Of a stretch of 64,000 nt of DNA, positions 29,213 through 38,207 are shown piece by piece. Each line of letters begins with the position of its first letter. Position 1 is the stretch's first letter. Source of the DNA: Armatimonadota bacterium (GTDB lineage: Bacteria > Armatimonadota > SYMT01); contig JAWLHY010000004.1 of the NCBI GenBank assembly GCA_041690135.1, forward strand, positions 320,001-384,000. The letters are read 5' to 3'. The notes beneath the pieces were generated by a model, which was given only the letters and a program-made list of their open reading frames with translations, was not told the DNA's origin and searched no databases. Position numbers and translations under genes: made by a program.

Positions 29213-30197
29213 CCTGCCCCGGCCAAGCCACTGCTCGCACGACCGCAGGTATGAGTGGCAGTATCTGAAGAGCCCGGTGGGTCCGGGACTTTGCTGGCTC
29301 CTCCTCGCACAGCCGGGAGACCGGGTCGTCGGCACCGCAGGTCTGGCGCTGCGTGCGGTGAAATTGGGAACACGCCAGGCGATTGCCGGCATAGCGGCCG
29401 ACTTCGCCGTGGACCCGGAACACCGCTCCCTCCTGCCCGCCCTCATGCTTCAGAAGGCGGTGTTAGGTAGCCGAAACCGGGGGGTCAACCTGATCTACGG
29501 TCTGCCGAACGCGCAGGCCGCCGTGGTGTTCAAGCGGCTCGGGTATTCCACGATCGGGGGCCTGCGGCGTTACACCCGGCGCCTGCGGACCGATGAGTAT
29601 CTCCATCAGTTCACCCGCTTCCCATACGTAGGCCGGGCGCTGGCGGCGCGGATGGCCAATGGGGTGTTGGCACTGGTCTCCCCGGAAACCTACTACCGAC
29701 CGCGCTGCGGCCGCCTCCAGGAATTGCCGGGGTTTGATTTACGGTTCGACGATCTCTGGAGCCGGGTCTCGGGGCGATTTGCGACCATCGGGGAACGCAA
29801 TTCCCCCTTTCTCCACTGGCGATACAGCCAGTGTCCGCTCCAGGAGCATACCGTTCTGGGCCTGGTAACGGACGACAGCAGCCGGTTAGTGGGTTATGTG
29901 GTAGCACAGCGGAACAACTACCGCTGGTTGATCGTGGATTTGCTCGTCGATGAGACCCCGGACTCCTGCCTGGCGCTGCTGGCCGGGTTTCTAAACTACG
30001 CGGGGCAAAGGGGCGCCCAGTCCGTGACTCTGGACTTCCACAGCCCGGCGGCCGGCATTGAGGCCGCTCTCCGGCACCTCCGCTTCCGGCGCAGAGACAG
30101 CGCAACATCGATGACAATCTGCGCGGAGTGTCCCGGTGAGCGGTTCCCCCCGGAAGAGGTCACCCAATGGCACTTCCTCCGGGGAGACATCGATTAG
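29139..30197 (+). CDS. GNAT family N-acyltransferase
   Basis: WQYLKSP, DFAVDPEHR, YGLPN, FLHWRY; GTG 29139 after GGAGGA-AGGA. Confidence 0.8.
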   Translation: MTVYQVISADPDRDRAAIVSVWERNLPRPSHCSHDRRYEWQYLKSPVGPGLCWLLLAQPGDRVVGTAGLALRAVKLGTRQAIAGIAADFAVDPEHRSLLPALMLQKAVLGSRNRGVNLIYGLPNAQAAVVFKRLGYSTIGGLRRYTRRLRTDEYLHQFTRFPYVGRALAARMANGVLALVSPETYYRPRCGRLQELPGFDLRFDDLWSRVSGRFATIGERNSPFLHWRYSQCPLQEHTVLGLVTDDSSRLVGYVVAQRNNYRWLIVDLLVDETPDSCLALLAGFLNYAGQRGAQSVTLDFHSPAAGIEAALRHLRFRRRDSATSMTICAECPGERFPPEEVTQWHFLRGDID

Positions 30198-30225
30198 GAG
30201 ATGACCGCACGTGAGGCCAAATGCC

Positions 30226-30642
30226 TCACTCGTCCGGCCACTCCGTGTTATCCTGGCCGGACCTCCGGCGCTGGAGCTTGGCGAGCACCTCCGGGAGGGC
30301 GGACCGGACCGCGGAGTTTGGGACCACCATGTCGGCGCCGGCATCTCGCCCCGCCTGGAGGAAGTGGCGCTCCACGTGCCCCGCGTAGCCGATGATGGCC
30401 ACCTTTCCCAATTGGGGGTGAGCCCGTAGTGCGCGGATCAGGTCCGGCGCTGGGTATCGACCGGAAGTGAGGTTCACCAGGACCAGCTCGGGAGCCAGCT
30501 CCGCCAGGATGTCCACGGCCGCGGCGCTCCCGGCCAGCGTCTTCACCCGGTAACCCAGGCGACGCAGCGGGCCTTCCACCATCGCGGTAAACATCAGGTT
30601 GTCGTCGATAAGGGCGGCTTGCTTATCTTGTGGGTCGCTCAT
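30226..30642 (-). CDS. Stand-alone receiver-domain protein (atypical)
   Basis: IDDN..PELVLVNL..AGAD; the phospho-acceptor Asp position is Asn. Confidence 0.8.
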   Translation of the reverse strand: MSDPQDKQAALIDDNLMFTAMVEGPLRRLGYRVKTLAGSAAAVDILAELAPELVLVNLTSGRYPAPDLIRALRAHPQLGKVAIIGYAGHVERHFLQAGRDAGADMVVPNSAVRSALPEVLAKLQRRRSGQDNTEWPDE

Positions 30643-30645
30643 GGT

Positions 30646-31797
30646 CTATCTCCCCAGCCAATGACCGATGCGGCGGAGGCCCTCATCGATGCGCGGCAGC
30701 GCGGAGGCGAAGCTGAACCGGAGAGAGCCTTCAGCCCCGCTGCCGAAGTCGATGCCGGGGGCGACGCCAACATGCGCTTCTTCCAGCAGGCGACGTGCCA
30801 GGACGAGGGAGCTCGCCTCCAGATGCCGGGCGTCGGCCAGCAAGTAATAGGCGCCCATCGGCTCCGCGGGAATGCCGAACCCGAGATCACGCAGGCCCCG
30901 CACCAGCACGTCGCGACGGCGGGCATATTCACCGCGCATGCGGCTCACGTCCTCATCCGCTTCCCGAAGCGCCGCCAGGCCGGCATATTGGGCCACGGAG
31001 CCCGCGCAGATGAACAGGTTCTGCGCCAGCCGCTGCAGGGGCGCGACGTACTCCGGCGGGCAGACGAGCCAGCCGATCCGCCACCCGGTCATCGCATACC
31101 GCTTGGAAAACCCGTCCATCACAAAGCAGCGGTCGGTGATCTCGAGCATGCTGGTCGCCCTCGGCCCGTACTCCAGCCCGTGGTAGATCTCGTCGCTGAT
31201 CACGGCCAGGTCGAGATCCGCCAGCGCGGCCAGGGTTTCCCGATCCTGGATGACGGCCGTGGGGTTGGAGGGCGAGTTGACCATCAGGGCGCGGGTTCGC
31301 GGCCCCACGTGGCGCCGGACCACCTCCGGATCGTAGGCATAACCCGCGGCCGGATCGACGGGAAAAAAGCACGGCTCTCCGTGGAAGGAGCGGACGAAGT
31401 TGGGGTAACAGGCGTACCCGGGGTTCGGGAGCAGTACCTCATCGCCGGCATCCAGGAGGAGGGCCATCAGCAGCGCCAGGCCTCCCGAGGTGCCCGTGGT
31501 CATCAGGATCCGTTCCGGATCTACTTCTACACCATATTGGCGGTGGTAGTACTCCGCCACCCCTTCCCGGACCGGCCACGCCCCCAGGCTGTGGGTGTAG
31601 TGGGTGAGCCCCTGCCGGACCGCCTCGGCGGCAGCACGCTCCACACAGGCAGGCACGTTGAAGTCGGGCTCCCCCACTTCCATGTGGACGACATCGGCTC
31701 CGGCGCGCTCCAATTCCTGGGCGCGCTCCATGATCTCCATGGCGAGGAACGGCGCGACCCGGGCGGCCGAGGTGGAGATGCGGGTGGGGTGTTCCAT
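30646..31797 (-). CDS. PLP-dependent aminotransferase class I/II
   Basis: VGEPDF, NSPSNPT, SDEIY, GFSKRYAMTGWRIG. Confidence 0.95.
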   Translation of the reverse strand: MEHPTRISTSAARVAPFLAMEIMERAQELERAGADVVHMEVGEPDFNVPACVERAAAEAVRQGLTHYTHSLGAWPVREGVAEYYHRQYGVEVDPERILMTTGTSGGLALLMALLLDAGDEVLLPNPGYACYPNFVRSFHGEPCFFPVDPAAGYAYDPEVVRRHVGPRTRALMVNSPSNPTAVIQDRETLAALADLDLAVISDEIYHGLEYGPRATSMLEITDRCFVMDGFSKRYAMTGWRIGWLVCPPEYVAPLQRLAQNLFICAGSVAQYAGLAALREADEDVSRMRGEYARRRDVLVRGLRDLGFGIPAEPMGAYYLLADARHLEASSLVLARRLLEEAHVGVAPGIDFGSGAEGSLRFSFASALPRIDEGLRRIGHWLGR

Positions 31798-32193
31798 GGG
31801 GCGTGGTCGGTGGTGTTCGTGCAGTGGACGATTTTACACCAGAACGGCGGCTTCGGTCAGTGCGAGCGTAATGCGTAATGCGTAAGTTTACGTGCGAGGT
31901 GGCTGCGAAGGCAAAGCGATTGCTGGCCTCGAGCAGTTCAGCAATGCGTACTGCGTCCGCTCCGCGCCGCGGCAAAAGAGCTCCTGATAAACGGTATGGG
32001 CTCCGTCATTGCACCCGCGGATGCAGGTTTACGCCCGGGTACCCGTGTGCGGGTGTGGGGTGGCAGGCTCTCCGATGCCTGCCTCGTCCGGGATACGTAC
32101 CCGCCCTGCCGTGTGAGCCTCCATGCACCCCGCATCATTCAAACCGGCGAGGCAAATGACCTTCTACCACGCCTGCCCACACCCTCATGAACA

Positions 32194-32231
32194 AAGCAGG
32201 GGAACTGCCGCGCCCGGCAGTTCCCCTGCTT
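32194..32231 (-). terminator. Rho-independent terminator
   Basis: 17-bp stem aagcaggggaactgccg/cggcagttcccctgctt downstream of 32252. Confidence 0.75.
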
Positions 32232-32251
32232 CCGATAAGGCGTAACCGGAT

Positions 32252-33079
32252 TTAGTCCTGGATCTTGTAATCCGCGATGGCGCTGACGGCAACGCCGGGG
32301 ACGCGGTCGATGTGCTTCACGCTCTCGGCCGAGATCGGTACCAGGATCTTGATACGCGCTTTGTCCTTCCAGTCGGTCTCGAGCTGGGCCACCGCTTTGC
32401 AGCGGTCCACGTCCCGCTCTTCACCCTGGACCTGCGCCACCCCGATGTTCAAGCTGGAGCCGGCGCTGATGATCGGCACGATCTTTTTCTTCAGGTCGGG
32501 GTAGAAGTCGTCGTCCGCGGCCGATTTCACATCCCGATCGCCGGCACGGTCCTTACCCCGATCATCGCGATCCCGGTCGTCCTCGCGCGCGGCGGCGAGA
32601 CGAGCACTCGGTTTACCGCGGAGAGCGGCTTCCGAGACCTCGCGGCCGGCAAGCGCGTCCGACAGGTTCTGCACCCAGAGGTCCGCCGTATCCTGTGCAC
32701 TAAGGCCCAGCGTCTTGCCGTCCTCGGCGGTGACGGTCACGATATCCATGCCGCGCGCGGTGAGAATCGCCAACCCGCCGGCGCTCTTCACACGCAATTC
32801 GGAAGCCTTCAGCGACTTGTCTTCGTCCAGGCGGTTGAGCCGGCCCGCGACCAGGTCGGCCCGCTCGATCGTGGAGAGGCTACCCGCGCCGGAGAGGAAC
32901 CGGAGCGCCACCTTGCCCTTCAGGAGGACTTCGCCGACCGTCTTGCCGTCCACCCGTGCATCTCGGGAGGTGACCAGCTCCTTCTCCGCCAGGGCGGGGC
33001 GCATCGTTCCTTGCCAGGCGCCGCCAACCACCAGCAGCCCGGTGAGCGCGGCCGTAAGGTAAAGGTTCTTCTTGCTCAT
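32252..33079 (-). CDS. Exported hypothetical protein
   Basis: Signal peptide; C-terminal domain paralogous to 33094-33546. Confidence 0.8.
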   Translation of the reverse strand: MSKKNLYLTAALTGLLVVGGAWQGTMRPALAEKELVTSRDARVDGKTVGEVLLKGKVALRFLSGAGSLSTIERADLVAGRLNRLDEDKSLKASELRVKSAGGLAILTARGMDIVTVTAEDGKTLGLSAQDTADLWVQNLSDALAGREVSEAALRGKPSARLAAAREDDRDRDDRGKDRAGDRDVKSAADDDFYPDLKKKIVPIISAGSSLNIGVAQVQGEERDVDRCKAVAQLETDWKDKARIKILVPISAESVKHIDRVPGVAVSAIADYKIQD

Positions 33080-33093
33080 CTCTGCTCTTCCCC

Positions 33094-33546
33094 TTAAATC
33101 CTGAAGTCGATGACCGCTGCCACACCAACTCCCTGGATTGGCTTTAGCTTCGCCTTGCCCGGGGTCAGGCTGTTAACGGGAACGTACATCTTGCCGCGGA
33201 ACCGCCCCACGGGGATTTCGAGCTGGGCGCAGTACTTCGCCTTGTCGATGGGACCCTCGTCGCCCTGAAGCTGGACGGCCCCCACGTAGGCGCCGCTGCC
33301 GATGGCAAACGCCGGGACGACCTTGGTGCGCCCCGCGTAGCGGATCCCCTTCTGCTGGAGCAGGGTGTTGATGACCTTATTCATCTCGGGGCCGAACTGC
33401 TTCACCAGGAAGCCGATCCCACCCACCTTGAGCACCTTCCCGAACACGCCGTCGAAGGGCCCCGCCTGAGCCGTGCGTGAGGAGACCAGTCCCAGTGCCG
33501 CTGAAAGGGCCAGCGTGCCGGCCCAAAATTTGACTTTCGAATGCAA
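33094..33546 (-). CDS. Exported hypothetical protein
   Basis: Signal peptide (AQA); TKVVPAFAIGSGAYVGAVQLQG..GVGVAAVIDFRI. Confidence 0.8.
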   Translation of the reverse strand: MHSKVKFWAGTLALSAALGLVSSRTAQAGPFDGVFGKVLKVGGIGFLVKQFGPEMNKVINTLLQQKGIRYAGRTKVVPAFAIGSGAYVGAVQLQGDEGPIDKAKYCAQLEIPVGRFRGKMYVPVNSLTPGKAKLKPIQGVGVAAVIDFRI

Positions 33547-33677
33547 ATCCGTTTCCTCCGGGCACGCCCAGTTCCAGCGGAGGCCGTGTGGACGTGCGGT
33601 TATGGGTCCAGACCCGGAACCCGGCCGCCAGGTTGCAGTTTACCCGTTTGCCGCCTGTCGTTCAAATGATGGAGGGA

Positions 33678-34070
33678 CTAGCGCCCCTCTGCACCCTTAA
33701 CTCGATGGAGCAGCGCATGGTCCAGAATGAGGATGCCCGCGATCCCAGCGCCATAGCAGATTACGTCGTGCCAGGCAAAATGAGTGCCGAGTAGCCAACG
33801 AACGGGCGGTAGGAAGGCATAGCGCGCGGGAAGACCGGTCAACTGCAGGACCTCGACCGCCACGCAGAAGCCCAGGGCCGACCCGGCCAGACGGCGGGGA
33901 GCCCACTTCGGCCACAGGAGCCCCAGCCCCAGGTACGCCGCCACCGCATAGAGGGCATCGCCCAGGCTCTTGTCGTAAGGATACCACCCGATCGGCCACA
34001 GGCGAGAGGCCAATCCGAGCGCCACGGTGGCGGCAAGTGCGAGAACCAGGAGTGTGCGGCGTTCAGGCAT
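33678..34070 (-). CDS. DUF2809 family membrane protein
   Basis: GDALYA, VEVLQL, LLGTHFAWHD. Confidence 0.85.
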   Translation of the reverse strand: MPERRTLLVLALAATVALGLASRLWPIGWYPYDKSLGDALYAVAAYLGLGLLWPKWAPRRLAGSALGFCVAVEVLQLTGLPARYAFLPPVRWLLGTHFAWHDVICYGAGIAGILILDHALLHRVKGAEGR

Positions 34071-34450
34071 TCAGGCTTTCAGGCGTTCGGGCATTCGGCA
34101 CTCAGGCAATGCCACAGGCAATGTCTACGATCGTCATGGCGAGGAGCGAGAGACCAGCAGCAACTTCTCAGCCCCGATGAGCCTCCCGTCGAAGTGCATC
34201 AGTCCTGCCATGATCCTGTAAGCGACGTGGCCAGCCCCCTGGTCAGGGCACCTGTCATTACACGGTACTCTTTATCCTTATCCACTCCGCCCCCAGGTCA
34301 GGGGACCCGTCATTACACGGAATTCTTTATCCTTATCCTGATCCTAATCCACCCCGACCTCTGGTCGGGAACTCGTCGTTACACGGAGCGGCAGCCATTG
34401 GTCGGGGAAGCCGTCTTGGAACGGGACTCCTTATCCTTATCCCTGTCTTA
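34060..34450. repeat. Composite intergenic repeat cluster (8-mer STR + ~120-nt element + ~50-nt ctggtcaggg..ttacacgg..ttatcc units)
   Basis: Same modules recur at 39740-40460 and 44260-45035. Confidence 0.85.
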
Positions 34451-34462
34451 ATGTGGCAAGTC

Positions 34463-35200
34463 TCATTCACCGGGTTCATCCAGGCTCCGTCCGACTAGGA
34501 ATCCCTTTCTGGCTGCGTCCTCCAACGCCCATCGCGCCGTGACCTGAGCCAGGTCGCGGACGACCTCGGCATCGGTCTTGCCGGACTTCTTGGGCACGTG
34601 GAAGGAGTGGTCCGCCATCTCGACCAGATGCAGGGTGGCGCGGTCCCCCAACCCCTCGCAGACGGGTCGCAGCAGGTCGAGCTCGGCCAGTGCGTCGCGG
34701 GTGCCGGAGAGGAACAGCATGGGGACCGTCACCGAGGCAAGGTGCTCTGCGCGCTCGGTCCCCGGTTTTCCGCTGGGGTGCAGGGGAAAGGCGACGAAGA
34801 CCAACCCCCGCACTCCGGGCAGCGGCGCTTCGGCGGCGGCCATCGAGGTCATGCGCCCGCCCATGGAACGCCCGCCGGCCAGCAGAGGCAAATCCGGTGC
34901 GGCGGTCGCGGCGGCCGCCACGGCCGAGCGGACGGTCGCGAGCAGGACCGGCTTCCCGTCCAAGCCGCCGCCACCCTTCTCCATGTAGGGGAACTGGTAG
35001 CGGAAGGTCGCGATCCCCTCCTCCGCCAGGGCCCGGGCCAGCGTCTCCATCGAGGGGTGTCGCATCGAGGTACTCGCGGCGTGCGCGAACACGTAGAGGA
35101 ACCGGGCATCCGCCGGGCGCAAGAGGAGGGCCGAGACTTCTCCCGGCCCCCGTTCCGGCGCGGCGACGAACTTCATCTCCGTCACGGCCGGTTCACTCAT
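34463..35200 (-). CDS. Alpha/beta hydrolase family protein
   Basis: GGRSMGG nucleophile elbow, GTRD, ADHSF. Confidence 0.9.
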   Translation of the reverse strand: MSEPAVTEMKFVAAPERGPGEVSALLLRPADARFLYVFAHAASTSMRHPSMETLARALAEEGIATFRYQFPYMEKGGGGLDGKPVLLATVRSAVAAAATAAPDLPLLAGGRSMGGRMTSMAAAEAPLPGVRGLVFVAFPLHPSGKPGTERAEHLASVTVPMLFLSGTRDALAELDLLRPVCEGLGDRATLHLVEMADHSFHVPKKSGKTDAEVVRDLAQVTARWALEDAARKGFLVGRSLDEPGE

Positions 35201-37017
35201 CCATTCGTCTCCTCGCTGCGCCGGCCCCCGGCCCGCCGGAGACGCTCGGCAATTCCTTCGTGACCGGACGCCAGCGCCCGGTCGAGCGGCGTCTGTCCGG
35301 ATCCAGCATCGCCGGCATTCGGATCAGCGCCGTGCTCCAGCAGCAACTCCACCAGGGCGGCATGACCGTTCCCCGCGGCCTGCGACAGCGGAGAGGCGTA
35401 GAAGCCCGCCGGGTTCACCGCCCGCGGGTCCCGTGCCAGCATGGCCCGGGCGCTGTCCACGTCCCCCAGGGTCGCCGCCGCGAAGAGGTCGACCCGCGCC
35501 GCCACCGGCAGGAGGAAGTTTTTGACCTCCGGATGGCCGAAGAAGCCCGCCCAACCCCACGGGGGGCTGAAATACCGCGGGTCCGGCCGGCTGGGGTCGG
35601 CGCCTGTCTCGACCAGGACCCGGGCCGATTGGAGTTGCCCGTGCCAGGCGGCGGCATGCAGCGGCGTGAGACCTCCCTCTGCTCCGAACTTACCCCGCAG
35701 GTTCACATCCGCGCCGCGCGCGACGAGCCGACGAACCGTCTCCGTATGGCCGTTCCATGCCGCCCAGTGGAGGGGAGTGCCGAAGTACGGCTCCCCGTGG
35801 AGGTCGGCGCCCCGGTCGAGCAGCCACTCCAGGGCTTCCGTGCGCCCGTTTCGCGCGGCGTAGCTCGCCGCTTCGTCGAGTACTTGCTGCCGGTCATCCA
35901 CCGGTTTCCACGCGGGGAACCCGGAATGCGGACGGTAGAACTCCCGGTGGTCGAAAGCTTCCGGCTTCAACGCGCCGTCCGGCAAGAGCAACACCCGCAG
36001 CAGATCGATCCGGCCCAGTCCGGCGGCGACGCGCAGGTTGAACGGCACGATCTCCCGCTCCGCCAGCAGTTCGGCGGCCTCCCGGTGGCCCCAGAAGAGC
36101 GCCTGAACCAGCGGCGTGCCACCATCCCCGTGACCGGAGAGACGCACGGAGGCGCCGGCTTCCAGGAATGCCCGGACCAGCGGAACGTTGTTGCCGTAAG
36201 CCGCCGCATGCAGAGGGGTGAACCCGCGGTTGTTCCCCTGGTCCGGATCGGCGCCGCGCTCCAGCAACAACCGAATCACCTGCATCGCCGTGCTTTCGGA
36301 CTCCGGCGCCACCCCCGGGCTGCGGGAGTGATCCCCGTGGTCGAAGGTGCTCGTTGCCAGGTTAAGCAAGGTGTTGCCATTGGTCCCGTAGGCCCGCGCC
36401 AGTTCGGGATGCGCCTCCAGCAACTCCCGGAGTCGGTCAACTTCTCTCGCCTTGACCGCTTCGAAGACGGCCTGGAACGGCTCCTCCACCTCCCCTGCCG
36501 CGAGGCGCTCCACCTGCCGCGCGAAAGCCTTCCAATCGTCGAACCCGTGCTCGCGGGCGAAGATAAGCCGGGCATCATCACGGGTCAGGCTCGCGGCGAG
36601 GATCTCCGCCTCGGTTGCCGCGGCGTAGTCCGGGTGCCACTCCTGCACCAGCCGACAGGCGCTGCGCAGGCCGCCCTGCAGGACCTTGAGCAAGCCTTCC
36701 GCGCGCTCCTCATAGTAGGAAAGCTCCGTGACGAAGGGGCGGTGGCGACCCGCGCGGCCGGTGGTGAGCGCCTCGACGTGGGCTTTGAACTTCGCCCAAC
36801 TTTCGAACCCGTGCTCGCGGGCCACCACCCACTGGGCATCGCTGAGCTTGAGGCCGGCGGCTGCAACCTCCGCGGGAGTCGCCTGGGCGAACCGGGAGAG
36901 CAGCCGGCTCAGTCGAGCACAGGCCTCGGGATCGGCCGCCTTCCAGGCTTTCAGCAAGGCCTTAGCCTGCTTGCGGTAGAACGGAAGGTAAGGCCGGGAC
37001 GGCAGGGGAACAGGCAT
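35197..37017 (-). CDS. Ankyrin repeat protein with duplicated N-terminal helical domain
   Basis: Two AQ/ARxxxAREHGFxxW domains followed by TPLH ankyrin repeats; AAGGAG RBS. Confidence 0.9.
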   Translation of the reverse strand: MPVPLPSRPYLPFYRKQAKALLKAWKAADPEACARLSRLLSRFAQATPAEVAAAGLKLSDAQWVVAREHGFESWAKFKAHVEALTTGRAGRHRPFVTELSYYEERAEGLLKVLQGGLRSACRLVQEWHPDYAAATEAEILAASLTRDDARLIFAREHGFDDWKAFARQVERLAAGEVEEPFQAVFEAVKAREVDRLRELLEAHPELARAYGTNGNTLLNLATSTFDHGDHSRSPGVAPESESTAMQVIRLLLERGADPDQGNNRGFTPLHAAAYGNNVPLVRAFLEAGASVRLSGHGDGGTPLVQALFWGHREAAELLAEREIVPFNLRVAAGLGRIDLLRVLLLPDGALKPEAFDHREFYRPHSGFPAWKPVDDRQQVLDEAASYAARNGRTEALEWLLDRGADLHGEPYFGTPLHWAAWNGHTETVRRLVARGADVNLRGKFGAEGGLTPLHAAAWHGQLQSARVLVETGADPSRPDPRYFSPPWGWAGFFGHPEVKNFLLPVAARVDLFAAATLGDVDSARAMLARDPRAVNPAGFYASPLSQAAGNGHAALVELLLEHGADPNAGDAGSGQTPLDRALASGHEGIAERLRRAGGRRSEETNG

Positions 37018-37160
37018 GTCGAGCTCCTTTCGCGTGTGTGCCTGGTGTCCGCGCGATCAGGCCGAAAGAAGTCTCGTGGGCTGAAAACAGCAAGTGGATG
37101 AGGTGGGCAATGCCCTTTCCGCGGACTGGTGGCGCCCTCCAACGCATGCGCATGATAACA
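37018..37160 (-). promoter_or_regulatory. Extended -10 promoter and structured 5' leader of the ankyrin operon
   Basis: TGtTATCAT at 37160-37152; stems gcc/ggc, gtccgcg/cgcggac, gggc/gccc, gctg/cagc. Confidence 0.55.
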
Positions 37161-38125
37161 CACGCTTCCCGGCATTTCACCACAGAGACACGGAGACACG
37201 GAGATTGGCACGGAGAGGGAATGAGGGGGAGCCGGTTGCGCGAACCACAGCAGCATCGGAGATCGAGGCGTGCCTCCCGGCCGGCTCGCAGATTCTGCCG
37301 GGGAGTGCGGAGAAGGTTCTGGCGGGGCTGCCGGGTGGGGTGTTCCGGTGCTGCGTGACGTCCCCGCCGTATTGGGGGCTGCGGGACTATGGGGTGCCGG
37401 ATCAGATCGGCGCCGAGGATGAGCTGGAGTCCTATATCCGGAACCTGACCCGTGTTTTCGCGGAGGTGCGGCGGGTCCTCACGGACGACGGCACGCTTTG
37501 GCTGAACCTGGGGGACTCCTACACCAGCGGTGGCCGCACCTGGCGGGACGAGGACGACAAGAACCCGGCGCGCGGCATGGGCTACCGGGCCCCCACCCCG
37601 CCCGGGCTGAAACCGAAAGACCTGGTCGGCGTTCCCTGGCGGGTCGCCTTCGCACTCCAGGCGGATGGCTGGTACCTCCGCTCCGACATCGTCTGGCATA
37701 AGCCGAACTGCCAGCCGGAGTCGGTCAAGGATCGTCCCACCCGCTGCCACGAGTACCTCTTCCTGCTCTCGAAGTCCGAGCGTTACTTCTACGACCACGA
37801 AGCGGTGCGGGAGGCAGGCGCCGGCGGCGGAAAGCGCAACCGGCGCACCGTGTGGGACCCTGCATCCGAAAACGTCGGCTCGCTGTGGGAGGTCCGCACC
37901 GAGCCCTACCCCGAGGCCCACTTCGCCGTGTTTCCGCCCTCCCTGGTGGAGCCCTGCATCCTGGCGGGCTCGGCGCCGGGAGACCGGGTGCTGGACCCCT
38001 TCTTCGGCTCGGGGACCGTGGGGGAGGTCTGCCTTAAGACCGGTCGCCGGTTTACCGGGATCGAGCTGAACCCCACCTATGCGGAGTTGGCCCGCAAGCG
38101 CCTGTCCACCTTTCCGTGGGAATGA
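37094..38125 (+). CDS. Orphan DNA methyltransferase (N4/N6 beta class)
   Basis: TSPPY before VLDPFFGSGT; WLNLGD, HEYLFLL, HFAVFP; real start uncertain, probably ~37235-37290. Confidence 0.9.
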   Translation: MDEVGNALSADWWRPPTHAHDNTRFPAFHHRDTETRRLARRGNEGEPVARTTAASEIEACLPAGSQILPGSAEKVLAGLPGGVFRCCVTSPPYWGLRDYGVPDQIGAEDELESYIRNLTRVFAEVRRVLTDDGTLWLNLGDSYTSGGRTWRDEDDKNPARGMGYRAPTPPGLKPKDLVGVPWRVAFALQADGWYLRSDIVWHKPNCQPESVKDRPTRCHEYLFLLSKSERYFYDHEAVREAGAGGGKRNRRTVWDPASENVGSLWEVRTEPYPEAHFAVFPPSLVEPCILAGSAPGDRVLDPFFGSGTVGEVCLKTGRRFTGIELNPTYAELARKRLSTFPWE

Positions 38126-38207
38126 CGTGGAAGAGGGGAGCCACAGATTTCACAGATTGAATGGAATTGGAAGCCAAAGGCTCTTAAGCTGTGCTGATGC
38201 ACGCAAG

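Noticed and set aside
34174-34206. Hammerhead ribozyme, from cgatgag..cgaag
   Set aside because: The core CTGATGA/GAAA and stem II are not correctly formed
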